DNA of 51,379 nucleotides, taken from the NCBI RefSeq assembly GCF_028641065.1, contig NW_026575377.1, positions 1 through 51,379 of the forward strand. Reading direction: 5' to 3'. The first letter of the stretch is position 1; each line of letters starts with the position of its first letter. The translations under genes were made by a program, and so were the position numbers. The stretch is from Leucoraja erinacea. Taxonomy: Eukaryota. Shown piece by piece: positions 12,201 through 23,984 of this stretch. The notes beneath the pieces were generated by a model. The model saw only the letters and a program-made list of their open reading frames with translations, searched no databases and had not been told where the DNA came from.

Positions 12201-15200
12201 TGCTAGTTTCCTTAATCAATCTAATTCAAACAATGCCTCAGTGTGATCGAGCGTTAATAACAGTGAACCTCTCGATTCCCACAGGGGGCAACACTGAGTC
12301 ACCAGAAACTTCAGTCACTGACAGATCAGGCCGAGTTGAAGGGCAGATTTCTTCCATGAAGATCGTCCATAAATGTTGATAACAATCCCGGTCAGCTCAT
12401 TGATAACGGATTTCAATCCATATCAGATCATAACGTTATAACTGATTGAAGTAGAATTAGGCCATTCAGCCCATTACGTCTACTTAATCATGGCTTATCT
12501 ATCTCTCACTCCTAACCCAATGTTTTGGCCATCTCACCATAACCTCTGACTCCTGTGCTAATCATGAATCTATCCATCTCTGCCTTAAAAATATTCACTA
12601 ACTTGTGCTCCACAGATTTATGTGCAAATAATTCCACTGATTCGCCACCCTCTGACTAAATACATTTCTCCTCATCTCCTTCCTCAAAGACCATCCTTTA
12701 ATTCTGAGGCTGTGCCCTCTAGTCCTAGACTCTCCCACTGGTGGAACCATCCTCTCTGCATCCACACTATCCAATCCTTTCACTATTCTGTATGTTTTAA
12801 TGAGGTTCCCCTTATCCTTCTAAACTCCAGTGAGTTCAGGCCCAGTGGCGACAATCGCTCGTCATGGGTTAACCTACTAATTCCTGGGATCATTCGTGTA
12901 AATCTCATCAGGCCCTTCTCCAGAGCCAGCACATCCTTCCTCAGATATTGTGTCCAAAATTGCTCACAAAACTCCAAATGCGGCTTTCCAGCGCGTGATA
13001 GAGCCTCACCATTACCTCCCTGGCTGCCGTCAATGCGAGTTTGTCTAACGGGACGCATTAATTAACTAATTATTTTTTTGATTAACAACTTCTCTTTTGA
13101 GAAGCAAGGAGGGAAGAATTATATGTCATGTTTTTCTTCACTTCTCACAATGCTATGTACGACAGAAGCTAGAAGCTCACCAGGCATTTGACACGTGGTG
13201 TTTTTGGTCCTGCTGTGGTCCACAGCCCTCACCGAGCAAACCAGTTGGTGGAGACGGTTTAGTCACCTCCTATCCGACCATGGAGCAGGTAGCACGGCAG
13301 GTAGCACATGGTTCCCGTTGTGGTGGCCATTTGCCTTAATTATGAATGTTATAAATTATGACATTTGTCTTAAAATATTGTCTTCCTGTATTTATGTGGG
13401 TGGGATTTATTACGTAGCCGGGGCGTGTTTGCTGCTGGGATTCTTAGCCTGAAGCTTATGTTTTTTTTAGTGTAGTTTGGAGGAAGCATGGCGGGAAGGA
13501 ATATCTTTCGACCATACGGAGCATTCTAGAGAAGGATCAGAGCCACATGCAGAGACATGCGGAGCCTTCTAACATTGATCAGTCTGGATGAATACCTTAC
13601 TGGTTTACTTTGACTATAAAGAAACTATTAATCAAGAGACTGTGTTTGAAGATTTATCTTTTGAAGATAAATCTTGTCTCGCGGAGAGCTCCCATGTGTA
13701 AACAACACCATCTCTCTACCCCGTGTTTTCTTCTAGTGGCTGGAGGGAGCAGTCCCTTGAACTACATAATAATCCGCCACTATATCGTCGAAAGCTACCT
13801 TACGGGAAAGAGGTGGTAGAATCCGTCCCTAGGAAGAGGGGCAGAAGTTAGGCTGGATCTCTGGTGACAGGTTCGGCCAGAAGAATTAGTTCCAGAAGAG
13901 GAACTGAAGACCGGTTCCAGAAGAGGAACTGAAGCCAATAGATCTCAGCCCGAGATTGGCTTAGCTATTTGTCGACAGCCACACGACTTATCTGGAGATG
14001 GACAACTTTACCACGGAATCGTGAGTAGAACAACTATTATACTATGCTGAATTCTGAAGCTGGGACGCTTTCATTCGAACGGCTTCGGAAGAGTCTGGAG
14101 AAGAGTATGGAGAGTTCGGTTAAAGTTTGAAAAGAAACCAAGAAGCTTGTTTGCCACTTCAGCCTGGATAAATCCAGGTGCTTGTCCTTGCGTTGACCCC
14201 ATGATAGGACACATTATGTGTGAACTGAAGTCACTTCTAAACTTCGAAAATATTTTGGATGTTGTCTGAAAGTCCAGTTTGTTATAGTTTCTTATCCGAT
14301 GTTTTTAGAACATTCAACCAACGTTCATCAATAAGACTGAAGCAAACTGAAGAAGTCCCTGTTTTTCTGGAATCCAGATTTAACGATCTGCCAAACAAGA
14401 TGGATCAGGTGAGTCAGATGAGCCACAAGGTGGCGATGGAAGTCCAAGATATGAGAAGAGACAAGTTCAATTCACCGAAAAAGTCAGTTGCATTTCAGAA
14501 AGAAACACAGAAGGAGAGAAACAAGTTATGGAGGAAGGTGCTGAATCTGTTTGATGGCCAGAAGGAACTAATGGAATCAGATGAGAACGTGAACAAAGTG
14601 GAATGTAATCTGATCCAAATATTCAGCTACTGTTAAGAGGTTTGAGATAAGCATAACGCACCTGCTGGGTTCAGCCACCTCAGGAAGAACTCGAAAATAT
14701 ATCCAGTGGTTCGAAGAAAAGGTGAAGTTATTTGATGATTCTATGGAAGATGCCAAGCGATGTTTAGCTGGAGTTGAACCAAGACTGCATGTGTGATAGA
14801 AGGAAATGCTACTCAACAAGTTGTCAACATCGGACAACTTACTTATGGTACAAGTTGGAAGTGTGATGCAACAAGGTGCTGAAATGGAAGAGGAGATTAC
14901 ACCACAAGATAGTATCTACACAAAGAGAAATCGTGGATGCATTGGTGATCAAGACATAAATCTGGTTCTACAGCCAGTCCAGCGTCAAGGGCTTCTGCTC
15001 GATTAGGAGTTGAAGCTGATCTAGTCGCTCTCTCAATAGAAGCGGATGCCTTGGAGATGAAACGTGAGATTGAGCGAGAAGAAGAACAGCTGAAAGGAGA
15101 GATTAGGCAACGAAAAGAACACCTGGAACTAGCCACAAACATGGCGGTTGTCAAATTGAAGAAGGATATAATGGAAAGTGAGGGTTCAAGATGCAGCTCC

Positions 15201-18200
15201 AGGGCATCTGATGCCATGAACACTTATCTGAGAAAAGGAACGGTTCAAAAGGAAACAACAGCTAAATTAAATCTACAGCCAGAGGATATCCGGCCTCGTG
15301 ACTCAGAAATAGCATGTAGCCAAAAGATAGACAAAATTGCATCTCAGCAACTGGGTTCTAGGCCGAAGCAAACTACTTATGGGGATCTGTAGAGACTCAG
15401 GACAAACGAACAGCTCAGCACGCTTTTCCGAGGCCTGATATACAGGCTCGAGCAAGTATAATTATCAGAGACCTGTCTTTCATCCGTTGCGCCAAGCCAA
15501 GGATCTCGAGAGGGATACGTAAATTGCGGAGAATCAAGCTGAATTCAACAAGCTCATTGTGAAACAAAATCTCTCGTTCCCTCTACCACCAATAGAAATT
15601 CATATATATGATGGTGATCCTTTGTGGTATGAAACTTCCATAATGGCATTTGACAAAGTCGTAGAAATGAAAATACTGATGAAAAAGAGGGCTTACCATT
15701 TCTGATGTATTCCACAAGCGGAAGTGCTAAGGTACTTGTAGAAACTTGTCAAAATAAGCCTGGCCGCCAAGGCTATCTAGAGGCAAGATGGTTACTTAAT
15801 GAACGTTTTGGTAATGATCAAAGGATTGCTAACTCATAAATGGAGAAGGCCTATGCTTGGAAATATATCAAGCCAGAAGATGTGGCGGCATTAAGTGATT
15901 TTGCAATATTTCTTAGAGGTTGTTGTAGCTCAATGGAAAATCTCAATCACGCGGTGGAGATGAATCGTGTTAGTAATACTAGAGCTATCATTCAAATACT
16001 GCCCAGTTGACTTAGATAAAGGGGGGAGATAAAGCAGAATAAGAAGAAACGAGTAGCCATGTTACCAGACCTAGTGGATTTCTTGGAAACGTAAGTAAGG
16101 ACATTAGATCCACATCACGGGAGTATTGGAGATCATAAATCAATTGAAACTGTCAAAGGTTCTTCCTTTACCAAAACTAAAGGAAGATCAGGACCTAAGG
16201 GAGGAAGTTTTGCTGTCGCTCTAATACCTGTGGAAACGACAGGTGGGATGAAAGGAGATGTATCTACCATCAAGCATAAAGGATTTTGTTTGTTATGTGA
16301 TGAAGTTGGTCACGCCATATGGTGGTGTCCAATATTCAAAAAGAAGGAATATAAAGAAAGGGTGGATTTCTTAAAATAGAACGGAATCTGGTTTGGATAC
16401 TTGAAAAAAAGGACACATGGTTAAAAACTGTAAGAGTCCTATAATTTGTGATGCGTGCAAGCCAACTCATCCTTAAGCACTTCACACTGTAAAGAAGAAG
16501 CCGGGCCTAATAGAAGAGAAGGGGAATCCAGCTACTAATGATGCTGTCACCTCACCTCAGATAACTGCTTGTATTAGGGCCGGGGTAGAAGCCTGTATCT
16601 TCTCGATCTTACCAGTTCAGGTAAGGAATAGCAAGACGAATACAGTGTTGTAAACATATGCATTTTTGGACCACGGAAGTTCGGCTCCCTTTGCACAGAA
16701 AGCCTGATGAGAAGGCAGGACATCACAGGAGAAGATATTAAGATTCGATTGCGTCCCATTAATGAACATAAGGAGTGCATTAGTCATTACATTACAAGTA
16801 TGGAGATAGCCAGTCTGGGTGAACATAATTTTACACCAATATTTTAAGTGTTTACACATGAGACCATGTATGTTGCTTATTCAAATATACCCAGACCTGA
16901 GGACATCAGACAATGGCCTTACTTGAAAACTGTCAAAATATCTAAAACAAATTCTGGCATTGACCTACTTGTCGGAACGAATACTTTGGAGGCATTGGAA
17001 CCTGTACAGGTTGTGAGGAGTCGAGGTGATGGGCCGTTTGCTGTGAAAACTCTACTAGGATGGGCTATCTATGGCTCCTTGAGAAGGAACAACGAAAGCA
17101 GGAACCAGAAGAACTACCCTGCCGCTGCTGTTAATCAAATATCTACTGGTAAATTAGAAACGCTATTGGTCAAGCAATACAGCCATGACTTCAATGAAAG
17201 TACTAGAAAGGAATCTGAAGAAATGTCTAGGGAAAAGTTATTTATTGGATATTATGAACTACTCAGTAAAGATGATAGACATACACTATTGTTTGGACTT
17301 TCCTTTCAAACATGAAAGTGTTAGTCTGCCGAATAATCGTCATCTGGCAGAGCAACGCACCCGGAATCTGAAACGCAAGGTTGGCAAGAACACAACATTT
17401 TATGAGGAATGTACCTCCTTCCTAAAGGATATGCTTGATAATGATTTTGCCGAAATGGTAACAATAAACCAACTGAATCGAAGTGATGGAGAGCTTCGGT
17501 ACTTTCCGCACCATGGGATGTATCACTCGAAGAAAGGGACTTTGAGGATGCTCATTGACTGGGCTGCAGTCTTCAAATGAACATAACTTAACTGTCAACT
17601 ACTGCAAGGTCCAGACTTTACCAACTCACTCATTGGAGTTCTCATTAAATTCAGACAAGAACCAATTGCTTTGATGGCTGATATCAGAGCGACGTTTCAT
17701 CGTCAAAGTATCATAAAACACATTGACTACCTGTGATTCATATGGTGACCTGAAGGGGATGTACAGCAAGATCTTGTTGAATACAAGATGAAGGTACATC
17801 TCTTTGGAGCAGTGTCATCAACAAGTTGTGCGAACTTTGCATTAAAGAAGACGGCATATGTCAATAAAGTTCACTTTCCAGAGGAAGTAATAACCACTTT
17901 GAAGTGTAATTTATATGTGGATAATTGCTTAAAATCCATGCCTACTGAGCAGGAAGCAATTCAAACTGTAAGACCTCTGACTTCCCTCTGCATTAATGGA
18001 TGATTCAAGCTTTCCAAGTGGATCAGCAACAGTCATGTGGTATTGGAAGCATTCTATCAGATGATAGAGCCAAAGAGACCAGAGAGTTGGATTTGGACAA
18101 AGACAACGTGCCAATGTAAAGAGCTTTCGGAGCTACTAATGTTTTACGTGGGAAATACGTTAACACAAAAGAAAATCCTACGAATGAAGCTTCTAGAGGA

Positions 18201-19551
18201 CTGACAGCAAACCGCTCCTTAAGCAGTAAGAGATGGATCAATGGACCAGAGTCTCTCTGTAAGTCAGACAGAGAATGGCTAAAACTTGAGCTGGGATTAG
18301 AAATCTCTGCTAATGATCCGGAAATTAAACAAAACCAAAGAGTGAACGTTATTATTAAAAATACTATAATTCTCTCAAATTATTTTCATACTTCAACATT
18401 ACACAGGACATGGTGGAAGAAGTTTCATGCTATCGAAATTTTAGACATTTGTGTTCTGGACTATATACTGGGTATCATGCCTGATGTTAAGGGTTTGGTG
18501 CGCACGGTACGCCTTTAAACTAAAATAATGTTTTAATAAGATTAATAACCAAGTTATGCTTGCTTCTAGAAGGCGAAGGTGAAGATAGAATAATCGTTGA
18601 ATAAATCTGAATGCAGATATATAGTGCATGCTATTTTTCGTTTTGATATATATTAAGCTGTCATTACTACTTGTTGATGTCTATTAGTAATTCCCTCGTT
18701 ATACAGAACATTAAGGGGCCGGTATGTAGTGGCCATTTGGTTTAGTTTTGTGTGTCAGAAATTATGGCGTTTGCCTTTAAATGTTGTCTGCCTGTAACTA
18801 TGTGGGTAGGATTTATTACGTAGTCGGATGCGTGTTCGCAGCTGGGATTCTTGCGCAGAAGCTGTTAGCTTTTTAGTTTAGTTCGGAGGAGGCATGCATG
18901 TTTTAATTAAAGTGTACATTATTCATGTCACTCGTTGTATTTAACTAACGCCTAACAAGCTCTAATGCATTAGAACAAATAAATGATATCATCATTACCT
19001 TGCGGAATAACACACGACATTTCGCTGAACGCTCTGTTCAATAAAAAGGGGTGATCGAATTTTGCAACTTCCGGTGCCCCATCTGCTACTGACAACGTGT
19101 AACTCTCATCACTAACCCTGTAAATATAAGCAGCTGGGTTATAAACTGAACTACTGTAATCTTCTGAGTTTTTAAAAATAAAATTATGCATGGTTTCAGT
19201 TAAGAACATTTCCTACCTCCTCTTCCGACTAATTTCCTCCTGAAATCAAACAAACACATTTTTGTATTGATATATTGACCATACACAACCCAAAAAACAG
19301 TATTTTCAACTCATTGTTCCAAGTTGCTGGACATTCTCCATTAACACAGCTTCTGATACACGGATCGCACGAGAACGTCACATAAAGGATCAGGAATCAC
19401 CACTGGGCAACATATCTGAGGAAGGATGTGCTTGTTCTGGAGAGGGTTCAGAGGCGGTATACAAAATGTTTCCAGGAATGAGTAGATGTACATATATTGA
19501 GTGATTGGCGGCACTGGAACTATATTCGCTGTAGTTTAGAAGAATGAGGGT

Positions 19552-19598
<47 letters not shown>

Positions 19599-21278
19599 AC
19601 TCATTGAAACATACAGAACATTGAAAGGCTTGGATAGAGTGGATATGGAGAGGATGTTTCCACTAGTGGGAGTGTCTAGGACTAGAAGTCATAGCCTCAG
19701 AATTAAAGGACTTTCTTTTAGGAAGCCTTTCAGTGGATGATTTTAAGGCAAAAATAGATATATTCTTGATTAGTGCGGGTGTTAGAGGTTATGGGGAGAA
19801 GGCAGGAGAATGGTGTTAGGAGGGAGAGATAGACCATCTATGGTCGAATGGCCGCGTCGACGTGATGGGTCGAATGGCCTAAATCTACTTCTACCTTTTT
19901 TGACCTGATGATAAAAAACAAAGAGGAAGAAATTATATGAATTAAATGGACAGGAAAGGTGCACCACACGGGATAGATTTACTTGCAACTCTAAAAATAA
20001 TGTTTTGATAATAGATTTTACAATATCAAAGGATTTCATACAAAATACCCCAAAGTTATTAAACACTGATTTTACAAACAGGATTTAGATAATATATAAC
20101 TGGCATAAGTGTCAAGGTCTGTAACTGAATGTTAGTTCCCATTAATTCATACACTGCCTCTCACACCCACTACACCAGACACACTCACAGCATGCAAGTG
20201 TACCTGCATTTTTGTGTCAATTTAAATGTAATATGTAGCTTGGGAAACAGAGGAACAATCAAACATTTAGTGTCATGTTGTCCACTTATTCCCCAGAAGT
20301 TGTGCATTTTCTGTGTGCGCTTGGATTGGCCTAAAATTAGAAGAAATTCTCACCATTAGAAATATCACACTGTCTTTTTGATCCATCCGTTCCTGTATCT
20401 TTGTGAGTTTCTCCTGCATGGAATTTAATTTCTCTTGGATTACTTGAAGATTTGTCTTCATTATATCAAGACTCTTCGCCTCTGATTCCCTGAGATCTTT
20501 GAGTAAACGCTGTTCTTCCTCAGAGAGAATCTGCCGCTTTTTAGTGAAGTGTGATGTGATGTGGGACTGCAGACTGCGGGACTGTTCCTGTGAAGAGAAA
20601 TGTGGATATTGTTATGTTGCCACAAGGGGGTTAAATCTACACGGGATCACACAGCGAGGGACGAGACCTCACCCTAACTCCAGAAATCTTTGTTTTCTGC
20701 AATTGTTCCATTTCCAGTATCTCGGATTTTATTTTCGTGAGAGATTCCATGGAAGATTTCATCTGTGCCTGAAAATGGGTTTGTAAAAACAAAAAGTGAA
20801 ATGAAAGTGTTGTACATGAGAAAAAAACGCAGTAGAATTCATGTGATCAAAAGATGTTTGCTTTTACCTTGTAGTTTTCAACAGCTTCTTCTATCGGTAT
20901 GAAGCGGTGATCTCTGTGTTCCCGCGCGTCTCGACAAATCACACAGATCAGTTTCTTGTCAGTTTCACAAAACAGCTTCAGTTCTTCCTGATGTTTCTCG
21001 CAGTGAAGTTTACTTTCCTTCACTTTCTGATTCAGGTTTAATGTTTGAGTTTTCTCAGCCAGACTTGACAATGCCCAATTCACAATGAGGGTGCGGTCTG
21101 CAAATTCCGCTCTACATTCCGGGCAGGAAGTTCTCCCGTCTCTTTCCCAGCACTGTGTGATACAGGAGCGGCAGAAGTTGTGCCCGCACTGCAGGGACAC
21201 CGGATCGGTGAAGATATCCAGGCAGACGGGACAAATTAGTTCTTCGCGTAAACTCTCAACCTGCTGTTCGGCAGCCAT
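8712..21278 (-). CDS. TRIM E3 ligase, class IV (RING-Bbox2-coiled coil-PRY/SPRY; TRIM39/RFP/TRIM69-like), 6 coding exons, predicted 471 aa
   Basis: Exons 20868-21278 (411), 20673-20768 (96), 20354-20587 (234), 19217-19239 (23), 18999-19117 (119), 8712-9244 (533); all GT-AG, phase-consistent, total 1416 nt with no internal stop; the link to the last exon spans an assembly gap. Confidence 0.88.
9446..10208. other. Assembly gap (within predicted TRIM intron 5)
   Basis: Run of N. Confidence 1.
10745..12016 (+). mobile_element. GC-rich non-autonomous retroposon-like repeat with AATAAA and (AATTC)n tail; carries the 38-bp array
   Basis: 3' end GAATGACAATAAAGGAAATTCAATTCAATTC; internal direct repeat GGTGCTCCGGTGGCTGGGACGACGTT at ~10752 and ~11597. 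Confidence 0.5.
11151..11568. repeat. 38-bp tandem minisatellite, ~11 copies
   Basis: Unit GGAGTGGCCCAGCCCGAGGGAGGAACGGCACTCCCGTC, no spacers. Confidence 0.95.
12440..13000 (-). mobile_element. CR1 LINE 3' fragment
   Basis: [30 protein letters not shown]; [14 protein letters not shown]. Confidence 0.85.
13319..18896 (+). mobile_element. BEL/Pao LTR retrotransposon, degraded and internally deleted
   Basis: LTR homology between 13319 (TGTGGTGGCCATTTG) and 18725 (TGTAGTGGCCATTTG); PPT AAGGGGCCGG before the 3' LTR; gag-like [11 protein letters not shown] and Cys/His knuckles (~16285-16485); protease-like FLDHGS; [34 protein letters not shown]; many stops. Confidence 0.9.
18999..19117 (-). CDS. 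TRIM exon 5 (119-nt linker)
   Basis: TTTACAG|..[39 protein letters not shown]|GTAATG; phases fit both neighbours. Confidence 0.85.
19217..19239 (-). CDS. TRIM exon 4 (23-nt microexon)
   Basis: TTTCAG|GAGGAAATTAGTCGGAAGAGGAG|GTAGG; typical 23-nt TRIM exon. Confidence 0.85.
19405..19900 (+). mobile_element. CR1 LINE 3' fragment in TRIM intron 3 (contains a long poly-G)
   Basis: [14 protein letters not shown]; [12 protein letters not shown]; CR1 3'UTR. Confidence 0.8.
20354..20587 (-). CDS. TRIM exon 3 (234 nt, coiled coil)
   Basis: [14 protein letters not shown]...[19 protein letters not shown] bounded. Confidence 0.9.
20673..20768 (-). CDS. TRIM exon 2 (96 nt, coiled coil)
   Basis: TTTTCAG|[32 protein letters not shown]|GTGAG; typical 96-nt TRIM exon. 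Confidence 0.9.
20868..21278 (-). CDS. TRIM exon 1: RING (C3HC4) plus B-box2
   Basis: [44 protein letters not shown]...CPECR; [33 protein letters not shown]; donor AAG|GTAAAA. Confidence 0.95.
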
Positions 21279-21285
21279 TCTCGCC

Positions 21286-21385
21286 ACTTCCTGACTTCAC
21301 TTACGGGGAGGCGCTAAACACACCTGAGATACCACGTTTGTCCAATCAACGCGCCGCACTGTCAGGGAACGAACTCTATTGGCGA
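21286..21385 (-). promoter_or_regulatory. Putative TRIM proximal promoter (Ets GGAAGT, two CCAAT boxes)
   Basis: ACTTCC at 21286-21291, CCAAT at ~21343, ATTGG at ~21378, immediately 5' of the ATG. Confidence 0.4.
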
Positions 21386-21679
21386 GGAGTGTGTAAGAAG
21401 AAACTGCAGATGCTGGTTTAAACCGAAGATAGACACAGAAAGCTGGAGTAACTCAGCGGGACAGGCAGTGGCAAGGGTGGGGGATACATTTGTGTCCGCA
21501 ATATTGAATGTATATATAGCCTTAGATAATGTCGGATGGAGTTGTATAAGGATCATGTATTGTAGATATAATTTCTTCTCGAATAAAGTATATTTTGAAG
21601 TAAATTTAAAAAAAAAGTATCCCTGGAAAGCATCTCTGGTGACGTTTTGTGTCGAGACCCTACCTCAGACAAGGCGAGC

Positions 21680-22225
21680 ACACAGGTACCGACTCCAGGC
21701 GATCATCACTAGAGAGAAAAGTTGACAAGGCATTTAACCTTGGCCCCCGCGATCACCCGTTTGCCAAACATTGTAACTCCCCTTCCCATTCTCAGACTGA
21801 CCTTTCTGTCCTCGGCCTCCTCCACTGTCTCAGTGAGTCCACACGCAAATTGGAGGAACAGCGTTTGGGCAACATACGAAGCAGCGGCATGAATATTGAT
21901 TTATCTAATTTCAATTAACTCTTGCACGTCTCTCCCTCATCTTCGTGGTCCTAATAGTTTCACTGTTTGTATTTCGGCTTTGTCACCACCTCTCCCACTG
22001 CCAACAATGGACCATTGTGGGCTCTATCGTTCATTGGTCATCGGTGCCGGATCGTATTTTGTTTTTTCCTTTCTCATAGCTCTAGTATCCTTCGCGGCCG
22101 ACTCGCATTCTGAAGAAGGGTCGCAACCTGAAACCTCACCTATTCCTTTTTTGCAGCGATGCTGCCTGACCCGCTGAATCACTCTGGCATCTTGGTGTAA
22201 CCCAGCATCTGCAGTTTCTTCCTAC
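21680..22225 (+). mobile_element. Penelope-like element 3' fragment (GIY-YIG C-terminus plus terminal repeat)
   Basis: HPFAKHCNSPSHSQTDLSVLGLLHC..RKLEEQ..SGMNIDLSNF, then the CTGAAGAAGGG..GAAAC and GATGCTGCCTGACCCGCTGA terminal motifs. Confidence 0.75.
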
Positions 22226-22562
22226 ACAAAGCATTATGTATACTTCAATATGTCTGGAGCAGGAAAGGAGAGCATAAGAAATAAACTGCTCGAGAGACGC
22301 ATCGGGTAGAGCAACATCTGTTCGCGGGAAAGACAAGCCGCGTTTCTTAGAAAGGGCCAGGGCAAAGAGGAGACGCACTGGGTAGCTGCTGCCCCGCAGC
22401 GCAGGGTTCGGTCCTGACCTCGGGTGCTGTCTGAGTGGAGTTTGCTCGTTTACCCTTTCACCACGTGGGTTTCCTCCGGTGGCCCGGTTTAGGCAATAGG
22501 CAATAGGTGCAGGCCATTCGGCCCTTCGAGCCAGCACCGCCATTCAATGTAACTCCCGTCAG

Positions 22563-23623
22563 TCATGCTTGTTCCCGGGCACGGGGTCTTGGGTCTCCCT
22601 CCTCGTCCCCTTCTGCGAGACCTCTTTTCGCCTGTGGGCAGTCTCGAGCCCAATGGTCGAGTTCCCCACATACGAAACATCAATTTCCTTGAGGGGTTCC
22701 CCGCCCCCGTCCTCGCCCCCTCGGGTTGGTAGTATGCTGAGACCATATTATCGTCCATCCCCTCCACGTCAGCTAGATAGCCATTTTTTGTTGTTTTCTT
22801 ATTTTTATGTTTTCCTCCGCATGGAGCGCCCAATCTTTTACGCCATTCAATGCCTTTGTTTCCATCCTACCATTTAAACGATAACTGACAACCAGGTTTC
22901 TAAAATCACGCTGCCACCTTGCAAAATTGCCTCGTGGATCGGGAATGCCCTCTACGGCCCTTTATACGTCTTTATTGTTCTATGAACGGTACACATATAT
23001 CGTCCCACCCACGTTGGCATCTGGGTTTGTCATTGCAATCATAGGGTAAATTCTTCCCCATCAAGACCATTTAAAGGGGCTGAAAGGCCTACCTTTTCGG
23101 GTGACACTCTGATTTTGAAATCCTGGTTGTTGTGGAACATTCTGCGTCCCATGGACTTGCACCATCGTTGTCGGTAGTTCTGAGGCTTCACATTGTGCCA
23201 CTGGTGACGAGGCCACTCCTCCTGTATATGCAGGGGGGGGGGGGCACTTGCCAACCCAAGTGGTGGTGCTGGCGCAGCCGGGGGCGATCGGGAGAACATT
23301 TCACTGTCTCCGTTCTGTAGATACGCCGTGGTGGTTGCCTCCGTCTTTTTCTTTTTCTGTTTCTCTTTCTGTCCTTCCTCTCTCGCCCTGGCCAAGCCGT
23401 GCCAGATTCTCGCTTATTGCTACCCCAACTTCTCCTTGTCTGTCCGCTGTTGAATTGCATCTCTCGCAATGGCAGACATTAGTTTACAACAATCATCAAC
23501 GAGTAACTTACCACTAAAATCATATCTTTTTCCCCACATGTTTAAGTACTTACAATTACGCTTACTTTGTATAAACATCCATTTCTCATCACCTTCATAA
23601 CCTTTCGAGTTTGTCGAGCCCAT
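22563..23623 (-). pseudogene. gag: Retroviral gag pseudogene
   Basis: MGSTNSK myristoylation motif; PPAY late motif after a poly-C frameshift; capsid-like YPMIAMTNP..YVYRS..AVEGIPDP..SYRLNG; RGRGRG; CFVCGELDHWARDC (22638-22679); ends TGA-CTG; several stops and an apparent capsid deletion. Confidence 0.85.
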
Positions 23624-23962
23624 TCTGATTCCCTCTTCGAGACTTACGACTGTACTTTTTCCCTGCCAAGTCCAACTTGACTCTGAATTCCCAGACTTCT
23701 TACCTTTGGCGACCCTGTCGCCGCAGTAGTCCAACTACTCTCTCCAATTGTCCCCGACAATTCTGTACATCGTCACCGGTCTCCGTGGAAGGTAACAAAA
23801 TACTACTCAGCAAAGTCAAAATTACAACCCGGGGGCCCCTCCTACGGAACATTCAGGTTTATCTCGGCTGTATCGATTGGACCCCGTCACTATCTCCACC
23901 TTCCACAAATCCTTACAGTGAGCGCTCTTGGATTACTGGAAGAAGGCAACAGAGGTAGCGGG

Positions 23963-23980
23963 GCCCCACGTTGGGCGCCA
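23963..23980 (-). promoter_or_regulatory. Primer-binding site, tRNA-Lys(1,2)
   Basis: 18-nt TGGCGCCCAACGTGGGGC, 4 nt after the LTR-terminal CA. Confidence 0.9.
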
Positions 23981-23984
23981 ATTA

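Noticed and set aside
19549-19596. Long poly-G run
   Set aside because: Inside a CR1 fragment; likely homopolymer expansion or sequencing artefact
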